Below, piece after piece: positions 37,246 through 49,009 of a DNA stretch of 64,000 nucleotides. Below the pieces are notes generated by a model. It worked only from the letters and a program-made list of their open reading frames with translations. It did no database searches and was not told the DNA's origin. The translations under genes and the position numbers were made by a program. The stretch spans positions 1,550,001 through 1,614,000 of the forward strand of contig OZ287087.1 in the NCBI GenBank assembly GCA_965645245.1, in the 5' to 3' direction. This DNA comes from Massalongia carnosa. Its lineage: Eukaryota. Each line of letters begins with the position of its first letter. Positions within the stretch are counted from its first letter, which is position 1.

Positions 37246-40200
37246 TCAATTTTCCACCGTCTCCATCGCATCAGCACGTCTGCTAGGAATCACTACTGCC
37301 ATTGGCCAGCCAGGTGGAATCATGGACTGTCGGTCGTCCTCGTCACCCCCATGGTTTATAGTCGGCCCCTGACTATTATGTTGCTCAGGTTCTTCTATCG
37401 GAGGTAAGTTAATATTTTGCCGAGCATGAAATGGTTTCAGTCGATTTCCTGCAAAGGTTCCAGCTAATAGGGTGCCGTCTAGTTCACATAGTTTGTAAGT
37501 TCCCTTATCAACAATTGTTTGTTGAATTTTATATGGTCCCAACCACCTGAACGTTAGTTTGCCTGTGTGCTGATTGTCTAATTTAGTGTCGTGCAAAAGA
37601 ATTAATTGACCCTCGGTGAGTTCAATTGATCTCAGATTGTTCAGAGTGTCAAAGGTCTCTTTGCCTTCCATTCTTTGTCTTTGCAGGAATAAAGCTGTCT
37701 CTTCCATGTCTTCATCCCTTCGCTGTATTTGTCTCGCACGCATAGCTAGCAATTCGTCTGTTGTATGAACTTCATTCCATGGTAATATTCTCCATGTTGG
37801 AATTTCCAGTTCAATTGGTAGAACAGCCTTATTGCCGCTATTCAGATAGAAAGGTGTGTTGCCGGTGCTAGCACGAACTGTTGTCCGGTCGGCCCATAGT
37901 ACTGCAGGAAGATTATCAACCCATTTGCCCATGCCTCCATTTGTCAATTTGGATAATGCTTGAACAACTGGCCGATGTCCCCGTTCTATCATGCCATTGG
38001 CTTGCGGATGATAGGCAGAAACAACTACTCTTTTGATACCATATCGATTTGCTAATTCGATAACAGCATCTTTGTTTTCTGGTCCACCATCAACAATCAG
38101 TTTTCCGAAGCACCCATGTCTGCATATAACATCTTCCCACAAGAATCTCGCGACATTCTGAGCGGTAGCTTTTCCTAGTGCTCTACCCTCGACCCATCCG
38201 GAAAAGTCATCTCTGGCCATAACAATATAGTGCTTGCCTCGACAAGCTGGCATGTGTACCACGTCTAAGCCAACCTTCTGCCACATGAAGGTAACCCATG
38301 TCGGATGAAGTGCTTCCTCGAGCCTAGTGGGGTCACGTTTCTGACATTCCTCGCAGGACCGAACATAGCCTTTTACATCATCGTGCAATTGTTCCCACCA
38401 GTACCTGTCTGCTATGCGTCTGTATGTGCCCTCTCTGCCTCTATGTCCACTTTCGTCATGTAGCTGTTTCAATATTTCCAACTTCCGCTCATCAGAGTCT
38501 ATCACTCGCCTGGAAGGTACGTTCTTGCTGTTTCGTCTATAAAGATGGCCATCTTGTACTCGATAGCGCAAGGCCTCGCTCTTAAACGCCCTAAACTCTT
38601 TGCGGTTTAGTCCAACCGGCTTTTGTAGTGATGTTAGAAATGCAGCGATTCTCTCGGACTTATCACTATATCCGGCCTTTAGCACTTTTTCGTCTGGCAC
38701 CTCGTCTGCGGAGTTAACGGAAATTGGACAGGCCCTTAGTGAATTCAGTTCGGCATCTATGAAGTCGTCTATGTCTTGCTCCTGCTGTTCGGCCCGAATT
38801 TCTTCCTCAGTATGAGATCGTCTAGACAGTCCATCTGCTGCCGTATGTTTTCGGCCAGCAACATGTTTGACCTCGAAGTCAAACAGTCGTATCCATGCTA
38901 TCCATCGGACTATCAGAGCACCAGGCAAATCGGTACAAGCTCCATTCAATTGCGCCACTAGGACGTTGGCGTCTGTCTCCAACACAAAGTGAACTCCATA
39001 TAGCCAGTGCCTTGTCTTTTTCAATGCCTTTAGAACGCCTCGACACTCTCGCTTGGTTGCATCATATCGCTGTTCCACCTCGCTCCATACTCCGCTTTCG
39101 TACCGAATGGGGTGACGCTTGCCATCAAAGATTTGCATCAGTACAGCGCCCCATCCTTTCAAACTCGCATCCACAGCCAATATGATAAGTCCAGCTAGCT
39201 CGCTATAGTCAATGGTCTTTAGTGCTGGCGGAGATGTCAGAGCTATCTTCAGCAAGTCCATTGCCTCGGTTTGTTCCATGCCCCATACAAAAGCAGCATC
39301 TTTCTTCAGCAGACGATATATTGGTTCAGCAACAATGGCAAAGTCCAATATCCATATGCGATAGTACACACACACACCTATAAAAGCACGAGCGGAAGAA
39401 GCGTCGGTGCATATCGGCCACTCTAGAATTTTGATGACCTTAGCGGTGTCCGGATGTCTACCATCGGAGTCGGTCACAAATCCTACTATCTTCAGACCGG
39501 CCATGCAAAATTGCGACTTTTCTCCGGAGATAGTGCATCCAGCCCTTTCTATGTCCGCGAGTACCCCATCTAGCCACGTGAGATGTTCAAGCACGTACTT
39601 TCTGATGCCCGGTGCCACTTCTTCACCACCATAGTCAGTCTTCGGCCCCTTCACTCCGATGTCATCAAGGAAAGGTTTAGCACGATTCGGAATGTGGTCC
39701 TGCAGTATCTTTGTCACTACCCGTACGAACTGTGCAACCGAATTGGTAGCTCCCATTGGTATAGATGTCATTCGCAATAATCCTATTGGTGTCATGAAGG
39801 CGGTCATGTCTCGACTATGAACATCGAGTTCCATTTGGTCATATCCTGAAAACAAGTCGATCAAGGAAGCGATGTGGCAGCCAGCAAAGTCCTCTGAGAA
39901 TTCGTCTACCGAAGGTGGCAGATTTGCGTCTCGGATGGTCACTTTGTTCATGTCTAGGGCCGCATTAATTAATCGGTACTTATTTTTCTCTTTCTTCTTC
40001 ACTATGAACCATGGATTTCGATAGGGACCATGACAAGGTTCCAACGTTCCTCGCTGCAGTCGGTCCTTCAGCATCTCTATCACCATCGGTACCAGGGCCC
40101 TTGGCAATGGGAATGATGGGGTCTGCCATGCCTCATGTGGAATGGTGTTGATTTTACATGGTGGAGACACCTCAGGTTTGACTCTGCCCATCTCGGAAAA

Positions 40201-40833
40201 CTCCCATGACAGCGCTGCTTCTCGGTTGTATAACATCTGGGTCAACACTTCTTTCTCAGCAGACGTCATACTGTCGCCCACTGTCATTCGCTGCAGCCGT
40301 TCCGGTGTCAATCGTGAACCTTTGAATATTGTCGAGAACTTTGGAATCAGCCAATCAGGAAACTTTTCTGACTTTGGTAGACCTCTCTCTTTCTCTAGCG
40401 CCTTCGCTTTCCAATCTGCCATTCCACCAGGTATGGTGCCATCCGACTGGTCAGAATTCACTGGTCGAACTTTTACCGCTTTCCGCTTATACGCCGTGTC
40501 AACTCTCACCGTACTCCGCTTGCCGAACACTCTGTTTTGATTGATTGTATATATGTCGAATTTTCGAGAGAACCTTAGAGAGGAAAGTCCGACCGAGCCA
40601 ATTGAACGCGACGGTGTAAAGGCGCGAATATAGTGATCCATCGCTGCCACTTCCGCAATAGTCGCTGAGGGAGTTAGGGCTATTTGATTTAACAGGCCGG
40701 GCCTGTTAAATGGAACGGAAGAACCACTTTCCGGAAGTCCCACCCTAACACTCGATACTTTCGCTCTCTCCAGGTTTTTACCACCACTACCAACCATAGA
40801 CCTGTTCTGCACATGGTGGTTGGTCAGTTTAAA
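37246..40833 (-). CDS. Pol (RT, RNase H, integrase), expressed by -1 frameshift
   Basis: Uninterrupted ORF of about 1190 aa; DLFSGYDQ, FLDD, DAS, HDESGH..CEECQ, VGLDV/VDGG/GMIERG, WLGPY. Confidence 0.95.
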   Translation of the reverse strand, partial: FKLTNHHVQNRSMVGSGGKNLERAKVSSVRVGLPESGSSVPFNRPGLLNQIALTPSATIAEVAAMDHYIRAFTPSRSIGSVGLSSLRFSRKFDIYTINQNRVFGKRSTVRVDTAYKRKAVKVRPVNSDQSDGTIPGGMADWKAKALEKERGLPKSEKFPDWLIPKFSTIFKGSRLTPERLQRMTVGDSMTSAEKEVLTQMLYNREAALSWEFSEMGRVKPEVSPPCKINTIPHEAWQTPSFPLPRALVPMVIEMLKDRLQRGTLEPCHGPYRNPWFIVKKKEKNKYRLINAALDMNKVTIRDANLPPSVDEFSEDFAGCHIASLIDLFSGYDQMELDVHSRDMTAFMTPIGLLRMTSIPMGATNSVAQFVRVVTKILQDHIPNRAKPFLDDIGVKGPKTDYGGEEVAPGIRKYVLEHLTWLDGVLADIERAGCTISGEKSQFCMAGLKIVGFVTDSDGRHPDTAKVIKILEWPICTDASSARAFIGVCVYYRIWILDFAIVAEPIYRLLKKDAAFVWGMEQTEAMDLLKIALTSPPALKTIDYSELAGLIILAVDASLKGWGAVLMQIFDGKRHPIRYESGVWSEVEQRYDATKRECRGVLKALKKTRHWLYGVHFVLETDANVLVAQLNGACTDLPGALIVRWIAWIRLFDFEVKHVAGRKHTAADGLSRRSHTEEEIRAEQQEQDIDDFIDAELNSLRACPISVNSADEVPDEKVLKAGYSDKSERIAAFLTSLQKPVGLNRKEFRAFKSEALRYRVQDGHLYRRNSKNVPSRRVIDSDERKLEILKQLHDESGHRGREGTYRRIADRYWWEQLHDDVKGYVRSCEECQKRDPTRLEEALHPTWVTFMWQKVGLDVVHMPACRGKHYIVMARDDFSGWVEGRALGKATAQNVARFLWEDVICRHGCFGKLIVDGGPENKDAVIELANRYGIKRVVVSAYHPQANGMIERGHRPVVQALSKLTNGGMGKWVDNLPAVLWADRTTVRASTGNTPFYLNSGNKAVLPIELEIPTWRILPWNEVHTTDELLAMRARQIQRRDEDMEETALFLQRQRMEGKETFDTLNNLRSIELTEGQLILLHDTKLDNQHTGKLTFRWLGPYKIQQTIVDKGTYKLCELDGTLLAGTFAGNRLKPFHARQNINLPPIEEPEQHNSQGPTINHGGDEDDRQSMIPPGWPMAVVIPSRRADAMETVEN

Positions 40834-43694
40834 TTCTCCTCTCGGCCCTCCGGAAACAGGTCCTCTGCAGTACGATTTTTACTAGTTGAGTCAGAAGTTG
40901 CGGTGAATTTGGCAGCTCGGTTTCCCTCCTCCGCATGTATAGTACATTCCACCTCGTTATTCTGATAATCCATATCGACACGCATCTGATGAAGGTAAGA
41001 TTGGCCCAACACTAATTGATGATCCGCAGCGTCGATGACAAATATGTGATTGAGCGACACTATTCCGCCAATATTAACCTCAACGTCCTCACATACACCT
41101 AGGAATTCTTTCCGGTCTCCAGTATGAGAAATAAGATTGATATTGGGATAGGGTCGCATAGCTAGGCCTTCACGCTTGGCCACGTTGTACGTCATCACAT
41201 TCACTTCAGCGCCGGAGTCTAGGAGAGACTTATACCTGTTGCCATCGCCGATCTGCACTTTGGCCTTTGGTGTTGACCTCGTGTAGGCCCTGCGAAGTCG
41301 CGGGTCCCGAGTGCCAATTGAACCAATTTTTACCGTTGGACCCTCTGCCTTTTCCGGTTCGGCATTCCGTGTCATCTTATTGACCACCGGTTTAAACTTA
41401 GGCATCATGGCCATCAGATTTCCATAGGTCAGTCCTCCAGCACCAGGCAAAGGTATTTGCAAACAACGACTCTGTATTAGGTCCATGTTGAACTCATGTT
41501 TCGCGATCCGTAGAAACTCTTCGGTGCCCATCTGTTCTATCGCAGACCGAACCTCCTTTCGGATGGGGCCTGTCGGAACCCCGACCCCATGTTTCTTTCC
41601 TTTGCCGCCGCCGCTGCTACTGCGGAGACGGCTAGCTGGGCCCGCCTCCGTCATGGTCACATCTTCTTCCAAAGGGTCGGCGAATGTAACACGAGGTTCA
41701 GTCGCATGAGATTTATCAGTTACAATTGAGCTAGGTGGCCTTGATTGGTCAGAGTTGTCACTCCGACGTTCTACCGAGGCAGGAACCGGGTTCCAACTGC
41801 CATATCTGGGTGCTTTCGGTACTGCGAACTTGTCCTCGCGTTCAGCCCTGCGTTTCAGAATTCGCTTAGCTGGCTCCCTCCAGCTCTCCTCGACAGACTT
41901 CTGTTGTTCCGTTCTAGCTGAATTGACAGAGGTGGTGTCGATGATGGTCATCTCAGGGTCCCATTCTTCATCAGATGAATATTCGTCCGCGCTATCCTCG
42001 CCAATTCGAACTGAGTGGACATCAGCACTTTGGTCCGCATGACTGAATTGATTGGCCAGCATTTTTGCGCGCCTAATGGACTCCTTCTGTGTCACCCCGG
42101 GCACATGCCGAATGGGATTGGAATATGTGCCCATCGGTCCTAGACATAACAAACCTCGCTCATTCAGATGAATAACACCATTCCGCTGGTCGGCATCAAA
42201 CTCCGGGCAGTTCCTCCGCCTATCATGGGTCTCCTTCTCCCCACAGTATGTGCAGGAATCCTCCCCTCCATACTGACGGTCATTCGGTTTCTGGCCATCA
42301 TAAGGTGCCTGTCTACCAGGTGACTGTGAACGGTTCCGAGTCTGCTGACTGTTCTGATTAGCTAGACGGGCCTGAGTTCCCGCCATCAGGACCAGCGCAT
42401 CAAACCTTTCGGTTAAACCGGCAATAGCCTTCTCCGTGGACTTCGACAAACTAACGGTCGAACTGTCTGCAACTGGTGGGGTAAGTGAATTCATGATATT
42501 TTCATGACCATCCAGCACTATCTTCCTATCAAATTGATCGGCTAGGGGACTATATTTGTCAGTAACACTCTTCTCAGTCCGCATCACCTCTTTATATTTG
42601 AGCCTCGCCTCCACTAGTCCCAATGTCTTCTTCACCAATCCATCAAAGTCCTTCATCACATTATCGTCAAAATCAACACCTCGGCGGAAGAACAACTCCT
42701 CGCGTACGTCCTTGGGAAGGCCCTGTAGGAACCACTGATTGCGTGTATAAATATCTAGCTTTTCCTGACCAATTAGGACTTTGGATATGGCCCCGAACTT
42801 TCGGCAAAAGTTTCGCACGTCATCTTCACTAGTACGTTCCTTGTCCTTGTATGACTCCAAAAACGCTCGAGAATTCACCTGCTGAATACTATCACCAGCC
42901 TTATACTCCTTCTTCATCACCTTACATAGCTGAGCCCATCTTCTTTCCACAAAGTCAGTTAGTGACTCCACCGTCTGTCCAATTAGCATGTCACAATAGC
43001 GGGGTAACCTACGAATCTTTTCATTGTTCCCGACGTGGTAGTCTTCGCACATGTCTTCATACCTACTCAAGAACTCCGACACATTTTTACCTTGAAAGAA
43101 TGGGGTCCCGGGAGTCCCTGGCTGAGGCATGGTCATCACAAACCCGAAGGTCCCTGCAGACATAGCAGGTCTATTCCCAGAGTACTCGGGACTAGTCGTA
43201 GATGGAGTAGCCATGTCGCTGATTGTTGCACCACTAGACTGATTTTCGATTGTAGATATGGTAGCCGACGATGATCTCTCACACTCAGGTCGAGTCGGTG
43301 GGCTAGTTCGGACAGCAGTCTCAGTAGCAGGTTCAGTATGCTTGCAGGTAGTAGTAGCAAGTCGCTCAAGTATAGGTAGGAGGTGTGTAACGATTTTCGA
43401 AAGAAGAGCTGTTGTTGTTTCCTTGTCCTCTCTATTCGACTGACAACAGTAGTGATGACAGTGCGGGCTAGTAGGATGAATGTATGGTGGAGGTAGGTCC
43501 GAAGGCCTGTTATGCTGATATGCTTTGTGCTCGACACTGTCTGAACAGGATGAATAAGGTGAAAAAGATGGATGAAATGATCTGTTGAAGATGGGCAGTG
43601 AGGCAGCTTTTATGCCTCCTCGGTGCCGTTCAGTCGCCATGGTCTCGATTCCGGATGGCCTTCGGGCAGGAATGCGGTACTTTCCGAACCCCAT
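40824..43694 (-). CDS. Gag plus aspartic protease
   Basis: 956-aa ORF; PGTPFFQGKNVSEFL, CTYCGEKETH..C knuckle-like motif, LLDSGAEVN. The true start may be downstream (e.g. ~43214). Confidence 0.9.
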   Translation of the reverse strand: MGFGKYRIPARRPSGIETMATERHRGGIKAASLPIFNRSFHPSFSPYSSCSDSVEHKAYQHNRPSDLPPPYIHPTSPHCHHYCCQSNREDKETTTALLSKIVTHLLPILERLATTTCKHTEPATETAVRTSPPTRPECERSSSATISTIENQSSGATISDMATPSTTSPEYSGNRPAMSAGTFGFVMTMPQPGTPGTPFFQGKNVSEFLSRYEDMCEDYHVGNNEKIRRLPRYCDMLIGQTVESLTDFVERRWAQLCKVMKKEYKAGDSIQQVNSRAFLESYKDKERTSEDDVRNFCRKFGAISKVLIGQEKLDIYTRNQWFLQGLPKDVREELFFRRGVDFDDNVMKDFDGLVKKTLGLVEARLKYKEVMRTEKSVTDKYSPLADQFDRKIVLDGHENIMNSLTPPVADSSTVSLSKSTEKAIAGLTERFDALVLMAGTQARLANQNSQQTRNRSQSPGRQAPYDGQKPNDRQYGGEDSCTYCGEKETHDRRRNCPEFDADQRNGVIHLNERGLLCLGPMGTYSNPIRHVPGVTQKESIRRAKMLANQFSHADQSADVHSVRIGEDSADEYSSDEEWDPEMTIIDTTSVNSARTEQQKSVEESWREPAKRILKRRAEREDKFAVPKAPRYGSWNPVPASVERRSDNSDQSRPPSSIVTDKSHATEPRVTFADPLEEDVTMTEAGPASRLRSSSGGGKGKKHGVGVPTGPIRKEVRSAIEQMGTEEFLRIAKHEFNMDLIQSRCLQIPLPGAGGLTYGNLMAMMPKFKPVVNKMTRNAEPEKAEGPTVKIGSIGTRDPRLRRAYTRSTPKAKVQIGDGNRYKSLLDSGAEVNVMTYNVAKREGLAMRPYPNINLISHTGDRKEFLGVCEDVEVNIGGIVSLNHIFVIDAADHQLVLGQSYLHQMRVDMDYQNNEVECTIHAEEGNRAAKFTATSDSTSKNRTAEDLFPEGREENLN
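40827..40833 (-). promoter_or_regulatory. -1 ribosomal frameshift slippery site T TTA AAC
   Basis: In gag phase immediately before the TGA; the -1 frame is the open pol frame; downstream ACCAACCA..TGGTTGGT stem. Confidence 0.85.
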
Positions 43695-44589
43695 GTTTCT
43701 GGTGGGTCCTTCTGTTCACATTGTCAAATCGACGTCGTCGCTCAGTCCTCGAGGCTGCTCGCTTATTCTCACGATCTTCTCAAACAGGATTAGCTTGCCA
43801 CCGAGACGGAATTCGAGCTCGAGTGATTGGTTCGGGTCAAATCGGCCACCTATCTCCCGCCTATCGGAATCGTGATGTCGCTACGTTAGACTCTCGACCG
43901 TCTCCACCGTGTCGCAGACTATTCGAGTCCGTCTCTTCCCCTATAATCAATTCCGCCCGTTCAGGTGAGGTCTGTTCGCATCGCCACCCTCTGTCAGGGT
44001 CAAATGGATGCCCCCGTTCTTTCTGTCTTCCTCTGGTCGTTGTATGTCGTTTTCCCACTATCTCTAGATCTCTGTACGCTGTCGCTGCTTCTAGATCGCT
44101 GTTTCCTGTCGCTGTCGCCTGTCGCTGTCGCTGTCGCTGTAAGTCTACTGTCTGTCTCACATATCTATCTAGACTCGTCGTTTGATTCCTGCTCCCGGTC
44201 AAATAGAGATCGCACCGTGGTCGCCAAATGTGGAAGGAGGAACTGGGTGGTGTGCGTGGTCCACTACTGCTAGGAGTGCAAGAGAACAAACAAACAAGAG
44301 AAGAACAGAACAATAGAATAAGAACAATAGCTAGACTGATCACTGTAAGCCTCGCGCCTCGTGCCTGATGCCTCGTGCCTGTGAACTGTATGTGTTGATG
44401 CTATGTGTTGTAGCTATTGCTACGAGCATGCTTGCTCTAAAAGGAAAAGAACTATCTATAACTAAACTAAAAGAAAGACTGTCACCTGACTTCCCCGCTA
44501 CCTTTACCGAGTATCAGCCGAAAAGAACCAACTCCCGAACCGCTAGCAATTTGAATATAGAGTATCACCGCTCCACCCCCCTACAACGT

Positions 44590-47510
44590 ATAATAAACCC
44601 TCGTTTGAACCCAACACCCCATCATTGCTTTGTATGACATCGGGTTGACAACTGCAGCAAAGGTGTCGATGTAGTCGAAGCCTTCTTCTTGCTTCTAGCC
44701 ATGGACCACCCACCTTGCCTTATATTTGAGTATATTTCCGTGTCGGCCTTTCTTCAATTTAAACACCCACCTGCCGGTGATTACCCGACGGTCCTTTGGT
44801 GCTTCGGTCAGCTCCCACGTACCATTCTCGGTGTGAGATGCAATTTCAGTCTGCATTGCTATCAAACATTTGGGCCAATCAGGTCTGGCCATAGCTTCTT
44901 TGAGCGAAAGGGGTTTGTCTGGCCCTTCCGTGTGAATGTTGTTGGCTAGCGTTGTCAATGTTTTCATCATATGCATGTGGGATTTAGCCACGTTTGTATC
45001 AGTAAAATAGGACCTTCCCCCTGAATGATTTGGGTCAAAATTGTTGCCTTTATTATCAACAATTTTCTTCAGTCCGTTTCGGTATTTTATCAAAACCATA
45101 GATAGTTTCATCAGGATAATTCGTACGTTTGACGGGTGCTCGTTTGGATCTTCTCAATGGAACATGGTCAGATTAGATGGTGGAAGAATTATGATCTTCC
45201 TGAGCGTCATGGTCGGTGTCGAGGGTCACTTCGTTGTGACTATCATAAAGAATATCATAATTGTCTTAGGTATTTCCTCCTCTTTCTGGCCGTGTTTGTT
45301 GGGAAGCTCCCACAGGATTTTGGTCTGAATGTTCCGTGTTTGAAGGACTATTTGGGGGTGTAAGAAGTTGAGATTTGTTGAATCGAGATTGGGTGTATGG
45401 ATCGTCCTTCTCGTCGTCGTCATAGTCGTCTGGATTTCCAAATAGATCATCGTCTGTCTGGGTCCACTCGTCGTCAACAAGCTCATTCGGGTTGAAAGCC
45501 TTTCAGTCAAAGGGGTTCTTTTCGTCAATAGTTACGTCTCTTGTAACATGGACCTTTCCGGTGCAGGGGTCATATATCCTGTACTGATTTGTGCCTTCAT
45601 AGCCAACATGAAAGCCTTGCCAGGACCGTTCATCCAGCTTATTTCTCTTCTCTTCGGGAATATGATCCCAAGCACGTGCACCCAACATCCTCAGATGACT
45701 GAGGCTGGGCTTCCTGTCTTTCAATTTCTCGTATGGAGTCACCCCGTCTGTGTTAGGACTTTTGTTCTTCAGATAACACACTGCTTTGATCAATTCAGGC
45801 CATAGGCCCTTCGGTAATTTCATAGCAGACAATATGGACCGTATTAAACTCATCAAACTATAATTCAGACGTTCTGCCTTTCCATTTTGCTCAGGTGTGT
45901 ATGGGGCACTAGGTCTCCATTTGATGTGATGTTTCTTCAGATAATCCTGGAAGGCTTCACTTTTATATTCACCTCCCCCATCTATATGAAGTGCTCCCAT
46001 CTGCATGCCAGTCTCCTGAGACGTCCATTCGATATATTCCTTTGTCTTTTCAAAGGCCTGACTCTTCAGTTGCATTGGATATACATGATATGTCCCAGTG
46101 GCGTCATCTTTAAAGGATATGTAATATTGCAATCCATTTCGGGAGGCCGGGTATGGACCTCCTAAATCACTATGAACCTCTTCTAGGAACTTTTTAGCAC
46201 GAGGAATAGGAGTCTGTGACGGCTTGCTTTGCTGTCGTCCTTTCATGCATGGCCCACAAATTTCCTCTAGGACTGGTCCTTTCACGTCAATTCCTTCAGC
46301 CATTTGTGGAAGTCTAAGAACATTCCGGTAGCTGAGGTGGCCCATTCTTCGATGCCATATTTCAATAGTCGGTTTGATTGCATTCACAATTGTTGTAGAG
46401 TTTGCAAAGTTAGTATGCATTGTCACCTCCGGGGTCTTTATCCGAAGAACATACTGTCGGTCGATAACATCAGCCAGTCCATGAATTTTGCCTTCATGGA
46501 GAATCTGTGTAGCCACACCTATCTTTCTCAGAAACACCTCAACTTCTTTGATTGCAAGAGGAATAGTGCTCAACAAATTGTGACCGAGGTCTAGTGCCCA
46601 GCTGACATTCTTCACTGTAAGTATATTGATGTTTTTGTCTTGATGTACCATATTCAGGACGACGTCTCCATACCCGAAGGCTGGAAGGATTTGTCCAGAG
46701 CCTGTCTGAAACTCATGATGGTACTCGGTGTAGGTCGAAAAGAAGTCTCGATTGGAAAAGAAATGGTCGGTGGCCCCAGAATCTATGATTACTCTGGAGT
46801 TTATGACCGGATCTACAGTTGCTACTGTCTTACATATCAGATGAACTGCGCCTATTCCCTTTCTTTCTTCAACCTCATTGGTCGGGGTCGGTGAGGTTTT
46901 TGTATTAAAGCAAGACAGCCCTGAGGTAGTTACCTCGGGGGTGGTCACCTCGCTTGCCTGATTGGTCTTGTTCTTTTTACAGAACTTCTTGATATGGTCG
47001 ATTTTGCCACACCCTTTTGACGTCATCTTATCCATCCAGCACTCACCTTTTTCATGAGTCTTCTGACACTTGGTGCACTTGGATGTTTCTTTGTTGGTCG
47101 AGGTGGAGGAGTTGGAAGTCTTCCCCGCTTTCTTCTTGTTGCCGGAGTCCCCTCTGGACTTCTTCTCTCTTTTGGAATAGTTCGCTGTGGCCCTGTCCTG
47201 ATTTGCCAGTCGTAATTCTTCATCTTCTAGTGCCTCTGCTAGGACTTCGAGGGTCGGAAGATGTTCTTTCTCCCGTGAATCATTGCTAAGGATGGCCGGG
47301 TAGGACTTGAACTAGGTGTCTAGAGAATTGAGGGCGTGAATGGTAATTGCTTCGTCCATGGTAATATTCAGATCGGTAATTTCTGCACTAATGTCGCGAA
47401 TTTTCGAGATAAACTCCGCAACGTTCTTACAACCCTTTTGATGAATAGAGTGCAATTTCCCAAGCGTGTTCCACTTGGAGGCCCAATTTTGTAGTGTATA
47501 GCGGGTTATT
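44590..47510 (-). mobile_element. Truncated Ty1/Copia element (gag, protease, integrase, start of RT)
   Basis: CGKIDHIKKFC, IIDSGATDHF, WHRRMGH, HSDLGG/IDGGGEY/QNGKAERLN, GRWVF..YKARWVVHG; frameshifts; no LTR seen. Confidence 0.9.
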
Positions 47511-47695
47511 TGAGGGTCATCTCAGTAATTTGCTGTCTGAAATAAACCCCTTCGTTGCCGTCTCGTCATATTAACATCACGATCGGACGAAAGCAAAAAA
47601 ATGGTGGAATCATGGAAAGATGGCATAGAACGTATTACGAATAAGGATATCGGAGCTCTTATCATAGCAACGTCGGAATCATCAGACAAGAGAGA

Positions 47696-48339
47696 TCAAT
47701 CAAGGTCAGGCCAGTTCGAAGCCTGGAAAGAATCGTATTGGCCAGACGGAGTATCCGACACCAGTGAAGACGAAGCATGGCTAGCGGCGACAATCCAGGA
47801 CTCCACCAGCGAAACAACGGAAGAAAGCCCAGAAGGGGAAGCAGTATTAATAACCACCACGGATGTCGAATCGGACGACGAAGCCGCCTCTTGCGCTTCG
47901 CTCGACGAAAGTTCATAAGCCACGAGCTCGGCCTCCCGCTTTGACAACTTCTCCAGTAACTCCTCAAGTTCGAGGGATTTTTGCAATGCAGAATCTTGAG
48001 CATTCACAGAATCCTCGTACTCACGAGCCTTCTCTACTCACGAGCCTTCTCAGAAAGTTCACGAGCAAGTTGGGCAAACCGAAGAGAGGCAGCCCGGACA
48101 CGGCGACGATTTTCTTTTAGTTGACGCAACAGCGCATTACGCTCATTATCTAAACGATCCCCTAACAAAATATAAGCACTAATAATCCAAGAAGAAACAA
48201 AGAGGAACACATAGGTCTGTTCCCTAACGAACACATCACAATCGGAATGGTCAACCTTCAAGCAACTGACACAATGATCGGAACCACGGCCCAAATGACA
48301 TTCGGAGTTCAAACTCTTACAGCGAGAACAGGGAGACAT
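47696..48339 (-). pseudogene. Small Cys-rich (CxxC..C..CxxC..C) plus coiled-coil protein, unknown function
   Basis: MSPCSRCKSLNSECHLGRGSDHCVSCLKVDHSDCDV followed by a probable intron and a heptad-like region. Confidence 0.45.
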
Positions 48340-49009
48340 GACGACAACTCCCAGTCGAAGACGAGAAGCGCAAGTGACTGTCTTTCCGCCACAAGGGAAT
48401 AGAGGCTTGGCAAAGATGGAGAGCAGACTTCAGAGCAATTATCTTTGCTAAAACTCTGTACGAGCTATTGATAAGCTATAATAGTTGAACACTGCTGTTC
48501 ATCTAGACATATATATAGGAGTTCAAGTCCTATCCGAAACAAGGTGCAGTGTGATCAGGTATGCCGACCGCAGCGATGTTCCGTATCGGGAAATCTACAG
48601 CGGTAGATTTCCCTTTTAGGCAGACTGATCACAGTCTGATCACGTTCTGATCACTGTTCCTCTAAATCAACACTGGTGTGTCCATAATATCCAATGAGAT
48701 TCTCCCGTGCCGATTTTTTTTGGGGCCGCGGGGTTGAGATTTAGCGTAAAAAATGCTGGCTTGGCCAAAGTGGCCTTATCTTTGGGGTATAAACCCACTT
48801 GTACGGAGCAGGCGTTATCCTGCAAAATCGTCTCGCTGTATATGGACAAGACAATATCGCCCGTGACCAAGCTCCATACCACGATTTTCTCTCCTCGACC
48901 CATTCAGTCGAACTGCAAAAAGCCTGCCTGTCCCCGTTTTGCGCCGCGAGCGACTTGCTGATCAACGAGCGTTCTACATACCACGGATACCCTCTTTGGC
49001 GGCCGCACG

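Larger units (their letters stand above)
32904..44585 (-). mobile_element. Ty3/Gypsy LTR retrotransposon with intact gag and pol
   Basis: 357-bp near-identical LTRs at 32904-33260 and 44229-44585; PBS TGGCGACCACGG; PPT AGAGAGAGGGGAAC; ACGT on both flanks. Confidence 0.96.

Noticed and set aside
27320..44637. Three copies of a small ORF (..TKLKERLSPDF..) as a gene family
   Set aside because: They lie in LTR copies, antisense to the element; no protein features.
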